Assembly (NCBI GenBank): GCA_002269645.1 | Contig: NIVC01003183.1 | Coordinates: 1 to 61,633 of the forward strand | Direction of reading: 5' to 3' | Length of the DNA: 61,633 nt | From: Macrostomum lignano | Taxonomy: Eukaryota | The notes under the pieces: generated by a model | The model's input: only the letters and a program-made list of their open reading frames with translations | The model's database searches: none | Told to the model about the DNA's origin: nothing | Shown here: positions 12,867 to 24,374 of the stretch, one piece after another | How positions within the stretch are numbered: position 1 is the first letter of the stretch | Layout: every line of letters starts with the position of its first letter | Made by a program: the position numbers and the translations under genes

Positions 12867-13120
12867 ATACATGTGCAACCTCCAAAATTCAGTCAACCAT
12901 GCAACTTAGTTTTAACAAAAATGCAACATAGTTTTTGGCCAAAAATGCAACTTACATGCAAAAAAAACCCTATAAAGCAAAATTAATGCAACTTTGGGTA
13001 AACGGCAGGAGTAACTATGACTGTCTTATTAAGGCAAAACGCCTCATCAGCTACTTAGTACTACTTGGGTATTTATTTGGGTGGGCATTTTTACAACTTA
13101 CATTGGTTGGCTGCCAAATC
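12867..13120 (+). repeat. ~260-bp dispersed repeat, copy 2 (CpG-decayed), 28S-like segment at 12996-13059
   Basis: Collinear with 11904-12165 across both flanks and the 28S-like core. Confidence 0.8.
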
Positions 13121-13954
13121 ATATGTTAGCTATTATTTTTTTGTTTGCACTCTTGTTACTTCTTAATTTATCTTTTTCTTTGAAATGTTCTACCTTTTGT
13201 TATAAAAATTAGAAGATACTTGTACAACTTGCTTTTTGTAACCCTATTAGAATAAATAGAAAAAGATATCTGATAGTCTGTTGCAATTTTGGCAAGTGAT
13301 GTTGTGGTACAGTGCAGCCACAGTAAATTTTGGATTTACTTAGTTATACTTGCCAGAGACTGCGGAGACAGATTGACAACTATCACTTATTTGCAGAAAT
13401 GAAAGGAGGGTAGTCACTTGAGAGTTTACAATTCTTTTGCCTGGCTTAATAGCTTTGGCTTTAGAATGTTCAATTATGATTGGCACTGAAAGACCTTTTG
13501 GGGTTAATGCAAAAGTAAACATGTTTTGTGTTGCATTGCATTCTTGAACTACAATTTTAGGCCCCATGTTTGCATGTCTGCAGGTTTTCTACATGTATTC
13601 CAAAAGGGTTTTATGTCACTTTTGTATGCCAAATATAACTTAAGATTCAAGCATGCCAAATATGTATACCATACCAATGAACACTACATAATAAATACTA
13701 GCATCAATAGTTAGGAGTTTAAAAGAAAGACAGAGCCAAAAGGCCTATAACAGCTGGTGGCATTTAGCGGGATTAAAATTGGTAAAGTAGGAGGTAAAAC
13801 ACTTGTCACAGCTTGGTACCAGCAGTGGGATTGTTCATAAAGACAGAGGAATAACACCTGTCACAATAATATAATAATATACATGTGTATTCATATATTA
13901 AATTTGTTATTTTAACAAAATCTCTATTTTATAATTATGGGTTATAATAATTTC

Positions 13955-15320
13955 AGCAAAAAGTCATTTCAGCAAAAGTCATTTTGGCAAAAGTCATTTT
14001 GGCAAAAGTCATTTTGCCAAAATTTATTTTGGTGAAAAGTTTTCACCATGTTTAGAAGGCGCTATATAATTATAGTGTATTACCTCTTTGTTTATCAGTT
14101 GTTTGTTGTATGCAAAAAGAATATGCCTGCATCTGGGTTCCTGTGTAAGTAGTAAGTGAATAAATGTACTATATGCCTTGTTGTTGTAATGTCTGGACTT
14201 CACAAAGGTGAACTTACTGTCAACAACCAAGGTGGCCTTCTTCCTTGTCAATGACTCCTCTAGCACCTCGAATCCTGGCTTCTCTACAGCAACCTTGATA
14301 GGCTGTGGGTGGCCAACATCAACAGCTGCTACTAGAAATGGCAGCTGGATGTATTCTTCCAAATTGAAGCCATCCTCTTCTGTGATAGAGATGTACTATT
14401 TCTATGAAGACATGGCTGCTGCCTTGCCATGGAACAACTCTCACTATTGCAGGTTTGGTGACTGCTTGATGGCGACCTCAGCTGCTGCTAATGCTGCTGC
14501 TTTGGCAACCTCCTACTCGATGATGACCTCAGCTGCTGGTAATGCTGCTACTTTGGCAATCTCCTGATTGACAACAACCTCCTTGACTACTCCTGATGCG
14601 ATGCAGCTATAGCACTTCCATTCAGAGTCTTCACTTGATGTCATAAGATTGCGATACCTTTTTCCAGACATGCCTATGTTATAGTTTAGGTGATACCATT
14701 ACTGGCATTTATCACATTGAAGTGCAAACTGATTTGCAGTTACTTTACATGAGCAGATTGGGCAATGTGACTCGATTGATTAATAGTTGGGCAGTAGTGA
14801 GATAGCAATAGTGATAGCATTTTAAGCATTTTGTTGGTACATTATGTGTGCTATATAGTGTATGTTACAAATGTGTATATGTGTATGTTATAATTACAAA
14901 TTCCTACAGTGAATTTTTGGCTATATATAAACAACTGCTTTGTTTTGGCTCTTTAGAATTCTCAAGCAAATTGTATATGTGTACACTAAATGATGTCTAT
15001 TTTTATGAACACTTTCAAGGTCAGCCATTAGCCACACACTGAGTAGTAGGTGAAATTGGCACTGAATTATACTAGTTGATTGAATGATTCAGCAAGTTTT
15101 AAGAGTGCAGTTGCATACATACCAACCAATTGTCACTCATGTTGCTTTAAAGTTTGCGCACTTGTTGCGCACACTTGTATACAATATTATTAAAAAATTT
15201 CCCAAATTAACAACATTTAAATTTTATTTATCACTGGGAAAATGTTTGTTTCATAACAAACTTAACTTGCACCATTTTACACATATTAGTAAGCTTTTTG
15301 CCAAAATGGCATTTTTAAAT
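13955..15320 (-). mobile_element. Decayed MULE/Phantom-like DNA transposon relic encoding a PHD finger and a FLYWCH-like domain
   Basis: 14764-14603 translates CPICSCKVTANQFALQCDKCQ*WYHLNYNIGMSGKRYRNLMTSSEDSEWKCYSC (PHD with a stop); ~14248-14100 TRKKATLVVDSKFTFVKSRHYNNKAY..RC (FLYWCH-like); 15-bp subterminal repeats gcaaaagtcatttt(g/c) at 13958-14020 with an inverted counterpart at ~15295-15316. Confidence 0.6.
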
Positions 15321-18300
15321 GTTTTGTAATGAAGGTTGATGCAGATAAAGAGCAAAGGCGGTGGCTCTGTGTTTGCTATATGAACAGAATCACTTAAAGA
15401 GTTGAAGTACTTAGGTTACGTTTATTTATAGTACTGAACTGAGTATAACCGGAAATTTCTAGAAGTTTTGTTAGTTACAACAAAATTAAATATTTTAAAT
15501 GCTATTACGCAACACTACCGTACAAATGCATTTGTAAATATGACAACAATAAATTTTATACTTAATATTAAGCAGTAAAACTAACATTTAATTAAACTAA
15601 AGGAAATTTCTGGAACAAACTTTAACTTTGCACTAAAAAAGTAATTTCTTGAAAATTCTAATTCTAAAAATAAATCTAGCGTACATGTACTTTCTAAGAT
15701 TGATACTTTACGCTACAGTTTCAAAGAAAGGCCTTTTACTAAAATGACTAGTATATATAATTATAGATATTAATTGATAGGCTAGGCCTACATGTATATT
15801 GCTTGCATAGCATACAATACATAATATTTTCTATTTATTTAAGCAATATACAACTAAGATAGCCACATACCAAGATGGCCATAACATTAAATATCTATTA
15901 TATCTATTCTTTTTTATTTTTAATTAGCAATTTAATAGTTATTGGCATATTATTCTATTTAGGCCCTAATCAATTATATTTATAAATATTAATACAATAA
16001 TAGATTTAAACTTAATTATTTATAATATAAAACCTTTAATCTTGTTTAGTCTTTGTGCCAATTTATTTCCTATCATTATATTTACTACTAGGCCTATCAG
16101 TAGCAGAAATACTATATAACAAAATAGGATAAATATACAAAGTGCTAGGCTAGTTGCTTTATTTATTAGATAAATATCTATAGGTCAGGCTACAATAAAA
16201 GCTAAAGCCAAAGCCAAAGGGAATGATTATAATTAATATAATTCTATTATGGGCCTAGCATTTATACTTAATACAAATGACTACCAAAAAAAATGAGTGG
16301 AATATATACCTAGGCTATATCAAGACATTTAGAGCTGCTGCCATCTTGGTATGTGGCTATCTTGGTTATGCACCATTTGATGGATTTTGAGCATGCAATA
16401 GGCTTAAAACAAGAATTTAAAATAATTTACTAAGAATATTAAATATAAAAACTTGATTAGATTAAAAAGACAAAGCCCAAAAATTGATATAAAATTAAAT
16501 AAGTTTTTTCTAATAAAGATTGAATAATAAGACAAATAAACAAAGACTCAGCCTATTTAGTTATAGTATTTGGATTAAAAAGACAAACTTGGTAAGACAA
16601 GGTAGACAAAGCCAATTGGTTGCAGGTATCATAAGAATACTTTGAATTGAAAGTAATATTTAAAATCTTCTATAAAGCCTAGGCCTAAAATAAGTTTCTT
16701 TTATAGCATAACTTAACATAACACAGCTCAACACAACAGACCAACAAGCTGAAGTTGTTAATTGCATTAATGATATCAATACTCGATAGGCCTTACTTGC
16801 CTAAGTATAATAAATCTTGCGAAAGTAACAATCGCCGAAATCTTTCAAGGGTTTCACGTGTATGAGAACACGAACAAACACACACTGCTCCCATGAGGGG
16901 GGTATTATGGGGGCACATTTTTAGTAAATTTTACTTCTCGAAAATGTATATAATCTAAGACTTAAAAATACTCATTTTCTATGTTTATCTTTAAAAATAC
17001 TCGCTTTTTAAAACTTGATATTCTTTTTAAAGATTTTTTTAACAAAAATTAAATTTTTAGATTGCTTAACTGTGACTGAAAGTGTCTTTACTTTTTAATT
17101 TGGTATACCAATACAGAAATAAAAACACCGGTATATATTTACCTTGACACCAACTACTCAAACTTTTGTCTTCGGTTGGTGGTTATTTTTGATCGTAGCG
17201 TATACCAAACAATTACTCTGGTAAAGCACCACTTTTTTGTTCCTAGAACTAGATGACCTGGTCACAATAAATGAGTCAAGGGCACTCAGTTTTTCTATAG
17301 TTTTGCGAACTTATGTTTGCAATTCAGTTGGACTTAGTGAAATTATTATGTATTTTATATATATAGGTGTCAGGTGAATCTTTTGCCACGGCCCACTTTA
17401 TAATAACTTTTGTGCTATGGGTTATGGGTAGGCCTAATGAAAAAAATGTTTTTATCTAAATTTTGTGGAACATAGTAGGACGACTGCAACTTTCAAAGAA
17501 CTCTAAGTCGTTTAGCATAGGGCCTACACCGCCTAGGTAGGCCTATTGTAAATATAAATATTAAGGATGTTGTTATTTAGACTTTTCACAAAGATTGGTT
17601 CCAGAACCAGAATAATTCCGATTCCAGAGCCAGAATTGGTAGGAAAATGTAAAGCTTCAAACCTTTTTATGTTCGTCAGTCTTTATAATTTAATTTTGTC
17701 TTTCCTTGATTTTGCTTCATCTTGGATATGATTCAATGAAAATAACAGAGTAGGCCTAGGCCTAAGGCCTACTCTATGCCAGTCGCCAGAGTAGGCCTAC
17801 CTCAATAATGAAAAATTGATGATTTCAAATATATTTTACTGTTAAAAGTTTAAACATGACAATGGATCGAGAAAATTTCTTGAACCAAATTCCAAAATTG
17901 GATCACAGTTCTGGAACTAGAAGCAATTCTGAAAATAGAATAGACAATAGGCCTATAAATTGCTTTGAACTGATTCTGATTCTGGAATTGGTAGGCCTAA
18001 TATAAAAAAGCCTAGGCCTAATTGAATATTATTATGGTCAGGTTAGCATATAAAAAATAGCAAAACTGGTTAGGCCTAGGCCCCTATTTTTATGGTCAAC
18101 ATAAAAAAATACTAGGAGCCTGTCTATTCTAAATTAAGTTAGGCCTAGGAACTTGTATTGCAAATATTAAGAGTCTATTAAAATTTAAAGAAAACAATTT
18201 AATATGTAGATATAATCTATTGTAGTTATTTTTAGTTCTAGTACTTCTTGTTATGTCACCAACTTTAGCTAGGCCTAGCTTTCTTAATATAAATATAAAT

Positions 18301-18685
18301 TATTAATGTTAATAAAATTTCTTCCCCATCTATCTTGAAAAGTAACCATTGCTTTTTATTATTGCCTATTATTATTTTTTGGGCTTTGAGTAGGCCTATA
18401 AATATACCTAATAGAAAAAGGAAAGCATAGTAGGCCTTGTCAAAGTCTTTTATAAACATTTTTTTATTTACTTTGTTCTTAGTTCAGTTTAGGTTAATTT
18501 GATATCAAAATTTATATTATAAAAGTCTCTATTTATTTTGGCTATTATTAGTAATGGTAGGCCCTATACACTATAGCAGACATATTAATCTGGCAAAATA
18601 TTTTATAGAGGCCTATGCTTATATCGGGTAGGGTTGCTCGTTTAACAATAATTAAGTAGAGAAAACTCTAAATCAATATTTTAGT

Positions 18686-18736
18686 TTTGCCAATGCATTT
18701 TGATTTTCAACCACAATTAGTCATCTTCAGGGCAAA
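18686..18736 (-). ncRNA. Degenerate minimal hammerhead ribozyme associated with the Penelope element
   Basis: TTTGCC-CTGAAGA-T-GACT aattgt GGTT-GAAA-atcaaaatgcatt-GGCAAA: stem I perfect over 6 bp, CUGANGA and GAAA cores present, stem II restored by T->C reversion. Confidence 0.45.
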
Positions 18737-18919
18737 CACGTCAATTAATCACACAGAACCAAGCTATATATTTTATTTAGGAAATGAAGATTTTACAATG
18801 CCATGTGCAAATCAATTTTAGTCCAGTCCGGTTAACAAGAGAAAGAAAAACTATATAAAGTTCAACAAGACTGCCAACGTAGCTAAAACACATTGAGTTG
18901 GCAGCTTGCACCCCCTATG

Positions 18920-19460
18920 GCTAACTGGCTATTCAAATTTGGTTTCTGAGCCTTGATGTACATTGCCTCAAGAATGTTCAATTTGTTTTCTTTGCTATAG
19001 GAATCAAGAACTTTAAACATATCATAACAGTTCATATTGCAGCAGGAGTTGCACGTAAGAAGGTGCTCATTGATGGCAAAATTTCTAATCCAATGCTCCT
19101 TAAACCTTGTGTCAAGTGTTGCTTAGTTTTACCAATGTAGGTGATATTCTGATCTACAGAACAATGAAATTTATAGATGACACCTGCAACAAGTGGTCTA
19201 GGAACATGGGACTTCAACCTGCAGACAAACTGAGCAATCTTTTCTGTACAAAACAAAACCTGGAGCTGGGAATCAATGTGACTTCTAAATAATTTTTCCA
19301 CTTTTTCCCAAACTCCATGGAGCAAAGGCCTAAATAAGGATACCACAATGACGAGACTATAATCATCATTGAGATCTTTCTTCTGAGTATGATTTTGACC
19401 AGAAAACTTCTTGCAGAGAAACCTATTAATGATGTTGGAAATATGGTCATGAGGCTATCC
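18920..19460 (-). mobile_element. Penelope-like retroelement fragment, GIY-YIG endonuclease, frameshifted
   Basis: GVIYKFHCSVDQNITYIGKTKQHL, then in a shifted frame FAINEHLLTCNSC...FKVLD...LNILEAMYIKAQKPNLNSQ; upstream YPYLGLCS..GKK linker. Confidence 0.85.
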
Positions 19461-21430
19461 ATTCACATGATTACATGAACAGCTGAGGAAGCTGTTCCAG
19501 CTCCTCATGAAAAAGCTTCTAGGAACTACAAATCAAAAAAGCTCTTTGGAGAAAACACCACACCAAACCGTCTTTCCATTGTTTAGGGCAGAGGGCACCG
19601 AACCTAAACATGAGACCAGTGAAGGTTTGATTCAAACTAGCATGTTTAGAAAAGCTAGCTTATATATATATATAGCTAGCTTATTCATTAATGGACTGCC
19701 ATTAAGATTTTTTGAACTAACAGATTAACAAATTTGCTAGGCTAGGCTATGTGACAAAAAGCTCTCTAGATATAAATATATTGCATTTTCATGGAAAACA
19801 TCATATTATTTAGATAAAATTTAGGTTATGCATATATAAATATATCAAGAGTTAAAGTTGTTGATTATATAATATAATGAGGTCTCAGTTCCTTAGAACT
19901 ATGGCTAATATAGGGGTAATTAGCTATTGTAGTCTATATTGAAATTTGTTTAATATAATATTAATTTAATGTTTTATAATTCTAGGATTATTAAGCAATC
20001 ATGATAGCTAACATTCTTATTAATATATGATTTTAATATATGTTTTATAGTTTAGACATTTTTATGAACAATACTATATCTTTGCAATAAAGGAAGTTTT
20101 CATGAGCAATAAAATAACTGTTAGTATTAATAAACTTAAATTATTTCTGATACCTTATAGGCCATTCATTAAGTTTGCTTTTAGTGATAGTAGATATACC
20201 TCATTTCTTATATCTGAACTATAATTGGATAACTTTAAATGGAAACCTAGAGATAAGCACCTTATATTTGAATCTAGATTTATACAAAAATATTACCTTA
20301 AGGTTATTGATAATTATTGACAAGCCTAGAGAGACACTCCTAATTTTAATTCGAATACTAAAATGTTGTCTATATCCCTAATCTCACAGCTAGGGATATG
20401 GTAGGTATGTATATAACATATTCCCCATCCCAGCTATAGATTATATGTAGTTATTCAAAGTAATAGCTTGCTGGCCTAGTAGACAATGGCTTATACTTCT
20501 AACTTTTAAAAGTTGTTCCAACTTAGTACTAATTTCTGCTTAGCTATTGTCGTCATGCTACTGATAATCAGTAGTATGGCATTAATATACACTAAGAACA
20601 TTCTATATATTTAATCCAACATTAGCTCAGCTAGATGAGCTGGGATTGGTTGATTCGTTTGTCTATTTTAGTGTATATGTCTATAACAAGCGATCGTTGG
20701 TGTTATATATTATTACAATTTTGCTATGTACTCGTATATTCTCACCATTGTTCAATAAAAAGCAAGGCAATAGAATAAAGCGTAGGGAGTTGCTGCATGC
20801 TCGGCACTGCAGCATATATATCCTATATACTAAAAATGGTCTGTCTGTGTCTATGTGATCGATTAGAGAAAAAATGGCTGGACCGATTTTGTTCGAACTT
20901 GCACTGTTCGATCAGAAATTTTCCCGTGACTGTACATGCATCGTGGCTAAGAAATTGTTCGATGCTAAAGGCATTAAATATTCGAAAAACATGCTTTTTT
21001 GCAAAGGTCAAGCAAACTTTTCGACTTGAAATGTATTGTAAGAATGCTAGACAAAAAACTGACTGGTTGAATTCTGATTCTGAAATAGATTGCATCATAA
21101 CTGAATTGTAACTCCGACTTGAATTGAAAATGCAGTGTGGAAGCGTAGCACCAGACTTGATTTAAATTGCGTAACCATATTGTTAACTGATACTGACTGA
21201 CTGAGAAACTGATTATGTCATAACTGCTTCGTGTGATTTACTCTATGCTTGGATTTTAAAGTGTTGAATTATATAAGTGCAAAATTTGATGTTATCAAAA
21301 CGATGAGAGCTAGCCTAGAGGTGAACAAACTGAACTGTTAAATGCAGCGACGATGGTTCGAATTTTCATAGAGTATAATTTTTTTAATTAAAGCTTTTCA
21401 TCGTCAGGAAAACTAAAAGACTTTTTAAAA

Positions 21431-23125
21431 AGAAGCGTCATGTAATGAATCATAGAAGCGTCATGTAAACAATCATAGAAGCGTCATGTAAACAATCATA
21501 AAAGCGTCATTTAAAAAATCATAGAAGCGTCATGTAAAAAATCATAGAAGCGTCATGTAAAAAATCATAGAAGCGTCATGTAAAAAATCATAGAAGCGTC
21601 ATGTAAAAAATCATAGAAGCGTCATGTAAAAAATCATAAAAGCGTCATGTAAACAATCATGGAAGCGTCATTTAAAAAATCATAAAAGCGTCATTTAAAA
21701 AATCATAGAAGCGTCATGTAATGAATCATAGAAGCGTCATATAAACAATCATAGAAGCGTCATATTAAAATCATAGAAGCGTCATATAAACAATCATAGA
21801 AGCGTCATGTAAACAATCATGGAAGCGTCATATAAACAATCATAGAAGCGTCATGTAAACAATCATAGAAGCGTCATGTAAACAATCATAGAAGCGTCAT
21901 GTAAACAATCATAGAAGCGTCATGTATACAATCATAGAAGCGCCATGTAAAAAATCATAGAAGCGTCATGTAAACAATCATAGAAGCGTCATATAAACAA
22001 TCATAGAAGCGTCATGTAAACAATCATAGAAGCGTCATGTAAACAATCATAGAAGCGTCATGTAAACAATCATAGAAGCGTCATGTAAACAATCATAGAA
22101 GCGTCATGTAAACAATCATAGAAGCGTCATGTATACAATCATAGAAGCGCCATGTAAAAAATCATAGAAGCGTCATGTAAACAATCATAGAAGCGTCATG
22201 AAAACAATCATAGAAGCGCCATGTAAAAAATCGTAGAAGCGTCATATAAAAATCATAGAAGCGTCATGTAAACAATCATAGAAGCGTCATGAAAACAATC
22301 ATAGAAGCGCCATGTAAAAAATCGTAGAAGCGTTATATAAAAATCATAAAAGCGTCATTTTTGAAAAATCGTAGAAGCGTCATGTAAAAAATCATAGAAG
22401 CGTCATGTAAAAAAATCGTAGCAGCGTCATGTAAAAAATCATAGAAGCGTCATGTAAACAATCATAGAAGCGTCATGTAAGAAATCATAGAAGCGTCATG
22501 TATACAATCATAGAAGCGTCATGTAAAAAATCATAGAAGCGTCATGTAAACAATCATAGAAGCGTCATGTAAACAATCATAGAAGCGTCATGTAAACAAT
22601 CATAGAAGCGTCATGTAAAAAATCATAGAAGCGTCATGTAAACAATCATAGAAGCGTCATGTAAACAATCATAGAAGCGTCATGAAAACAATCATAGAAG
22701 CGCCATGTAAAAAATCGTTGAAGCGTTATATAAAAATCATAAAAGCGTCATTTTTGAAAAATCATAGAAGCGTCATGTAAAAAATCGTAGCAGCGTCATG
22801 TAAAAAATCATAGAAGCGTCATGTAAACAATTATAGAAGCGTCATGTAAAAAATCATAGAAGCGTCATGTAAAAAGTCATAGAAGCGTCATTTAAAAATC
22901 ATAGAAGCGTCATGTAAACAATCATAGAAGCGTCATGTAAAAATCGTAGAAGCGTCATTTAAAAATCATAGAAGCGTCATGTAAACAATCATAGAAGCGT
23001 CATGTAAACAATCATAGAAGCGCCATGTAAACAATCATAGAAGCGTCATGTAAACAATCATAGAAGCGTCATGTAAAAAATCATAGAAGCGTCATTTAAA
23101 AATCATAGAAGCGTCATGTAAAAAA
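21431..23125. repeat. 23-bp satellite, roughly 70-75 units
   Basis: Unit AATCATAGAAGCGTCATGTAAAC with variants. Confidence 0.97.
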
Positions 23126-23239
23126 CTAATGAAAGTGTCTTTTAAAAAATTAAGAAGCATCATGGTAGAATAAAAGAAGCGTCATGTCAGACATGAAGGG
23201 TGTCATGTAAAAATTAAATGCAGCTATAATGCTGTGCTG

Positions 23240-24310
23240 GGGAGAAAAAACTGAGACATAAAGGCTCTCAGAAAATAACTGAGATTACGGGAGGGGGGGT
23301 TTCTGAGATGTCAAAGCAAAAGTCAGAAGCTACTTCAAAGTTCATGTACTTTACTCATTTTTTATTGCATTCTTTGTTGGCTCGCCACGGGGGGGGCGCT
23401 GATAGAAGAAGAGTCATGTAAAAAATAAAAGTAGCACTACAAGCGTATGTATACATAAAAGAAAAGTCATGTTCAAGTTAAAAGATTCATTTGGGAATTG
23501 CTACGATGTCAAAGCTTGGTGGAAATCGTTATAGTGCTTGATTCTTAAAGAAGGAATCACTAAAATGTCAAGGCTTAGGGGAGAAGAATTGCTGAGATTT
23601 CAAGGCTTTAGGTTGGGTTAAAGTTAGGTTTAGGTCAGGTGTGGGTTGAGGGTTAGATTTTATCGGGTTTCAAGGTTAACAGAATAACAGGGGATTTTTT
23701 AGATTTCAAGGTTTATGGGGGCCATCGCTGACATGTTAAGGCTTACGGGGGGAATAGCTGAGATGTCGAGGCTCACGGGGGTATAAATGAGATTTCAAGG
23801 CTAAAGTCAGAAGCTACATGTAGTTTATTGAAAACTTTTTATTACATTATTTGATGCCTTTTTAGGGGAGGGATCGCTGATAAAAAAAGTGTAATGTAAA
23901 AAATAAAAGAAGCTTCATGTCGAAGTTAAGATATTCATTTGGGAATCCCTACAATGTCGAGGCTTGCAGGGAATCGCTATAATGCTGTAGTAGTGCTATT
24001 ATGACTCTTAGAGAGAATTACTGAAATTTCAATGCTTTAGGGTTAGGTTAAGGTTAGGGTTAGGGTTAGGGTTAGGGTTAGGCTAGGGTTAGGGTTAGAA
24101 GTTGACAGATATTTTTAGATTTCCAAGGCTTATTGGGGGCATTGCTGAGATGTCAAGGGGGGAAGTTGATATGTTAAAGCTTGTGGGGGGATTATTGACA
24201 TGTCAAGGCTTACAAGGTTTGACAGGAGATTTTTTAAGATTTCAAGGATATATATGTAGCTTATTAAAAAAACGTGTATTGCATTTCTTTGGCTCCCCAA
24301 CGGGGGGCGT
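23240..24310. repeat. Tandemly duplicated ~500-bp unit with gctgagatgtcaaggc sub-repeats and telomere-like tracts
   Basis: aaagtcagaagctac and gattcatttgggaat blocks recur about 480 bp apart; degenerate GGTTAG tract ~23606-23656 and a cleaner tract at 24037-24098. Confidence 0.7.
24037..24098 (+). repeat. Interstitial telomeric (TTAGGG)n tract, ~10 units with variants
   Basis: ttagggttaggttaaggttagggttagggttagggttagggttaggctagggttagggttag. Confidence 0.9.
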
Positions 24311-24374
24311 AGATTGCTAGTAGTACACTAAAAGTGTTGTGTAGTGAGCAGGCGAATTACTGCCAGGCAACCAA

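Noticed and set aside
12030-13059. Annotation as an rRNA gene
   Set aside because: Only ~64 nt is LSU-like, it is diverged and the flanks are non-rRNA; treated as a captured fragment
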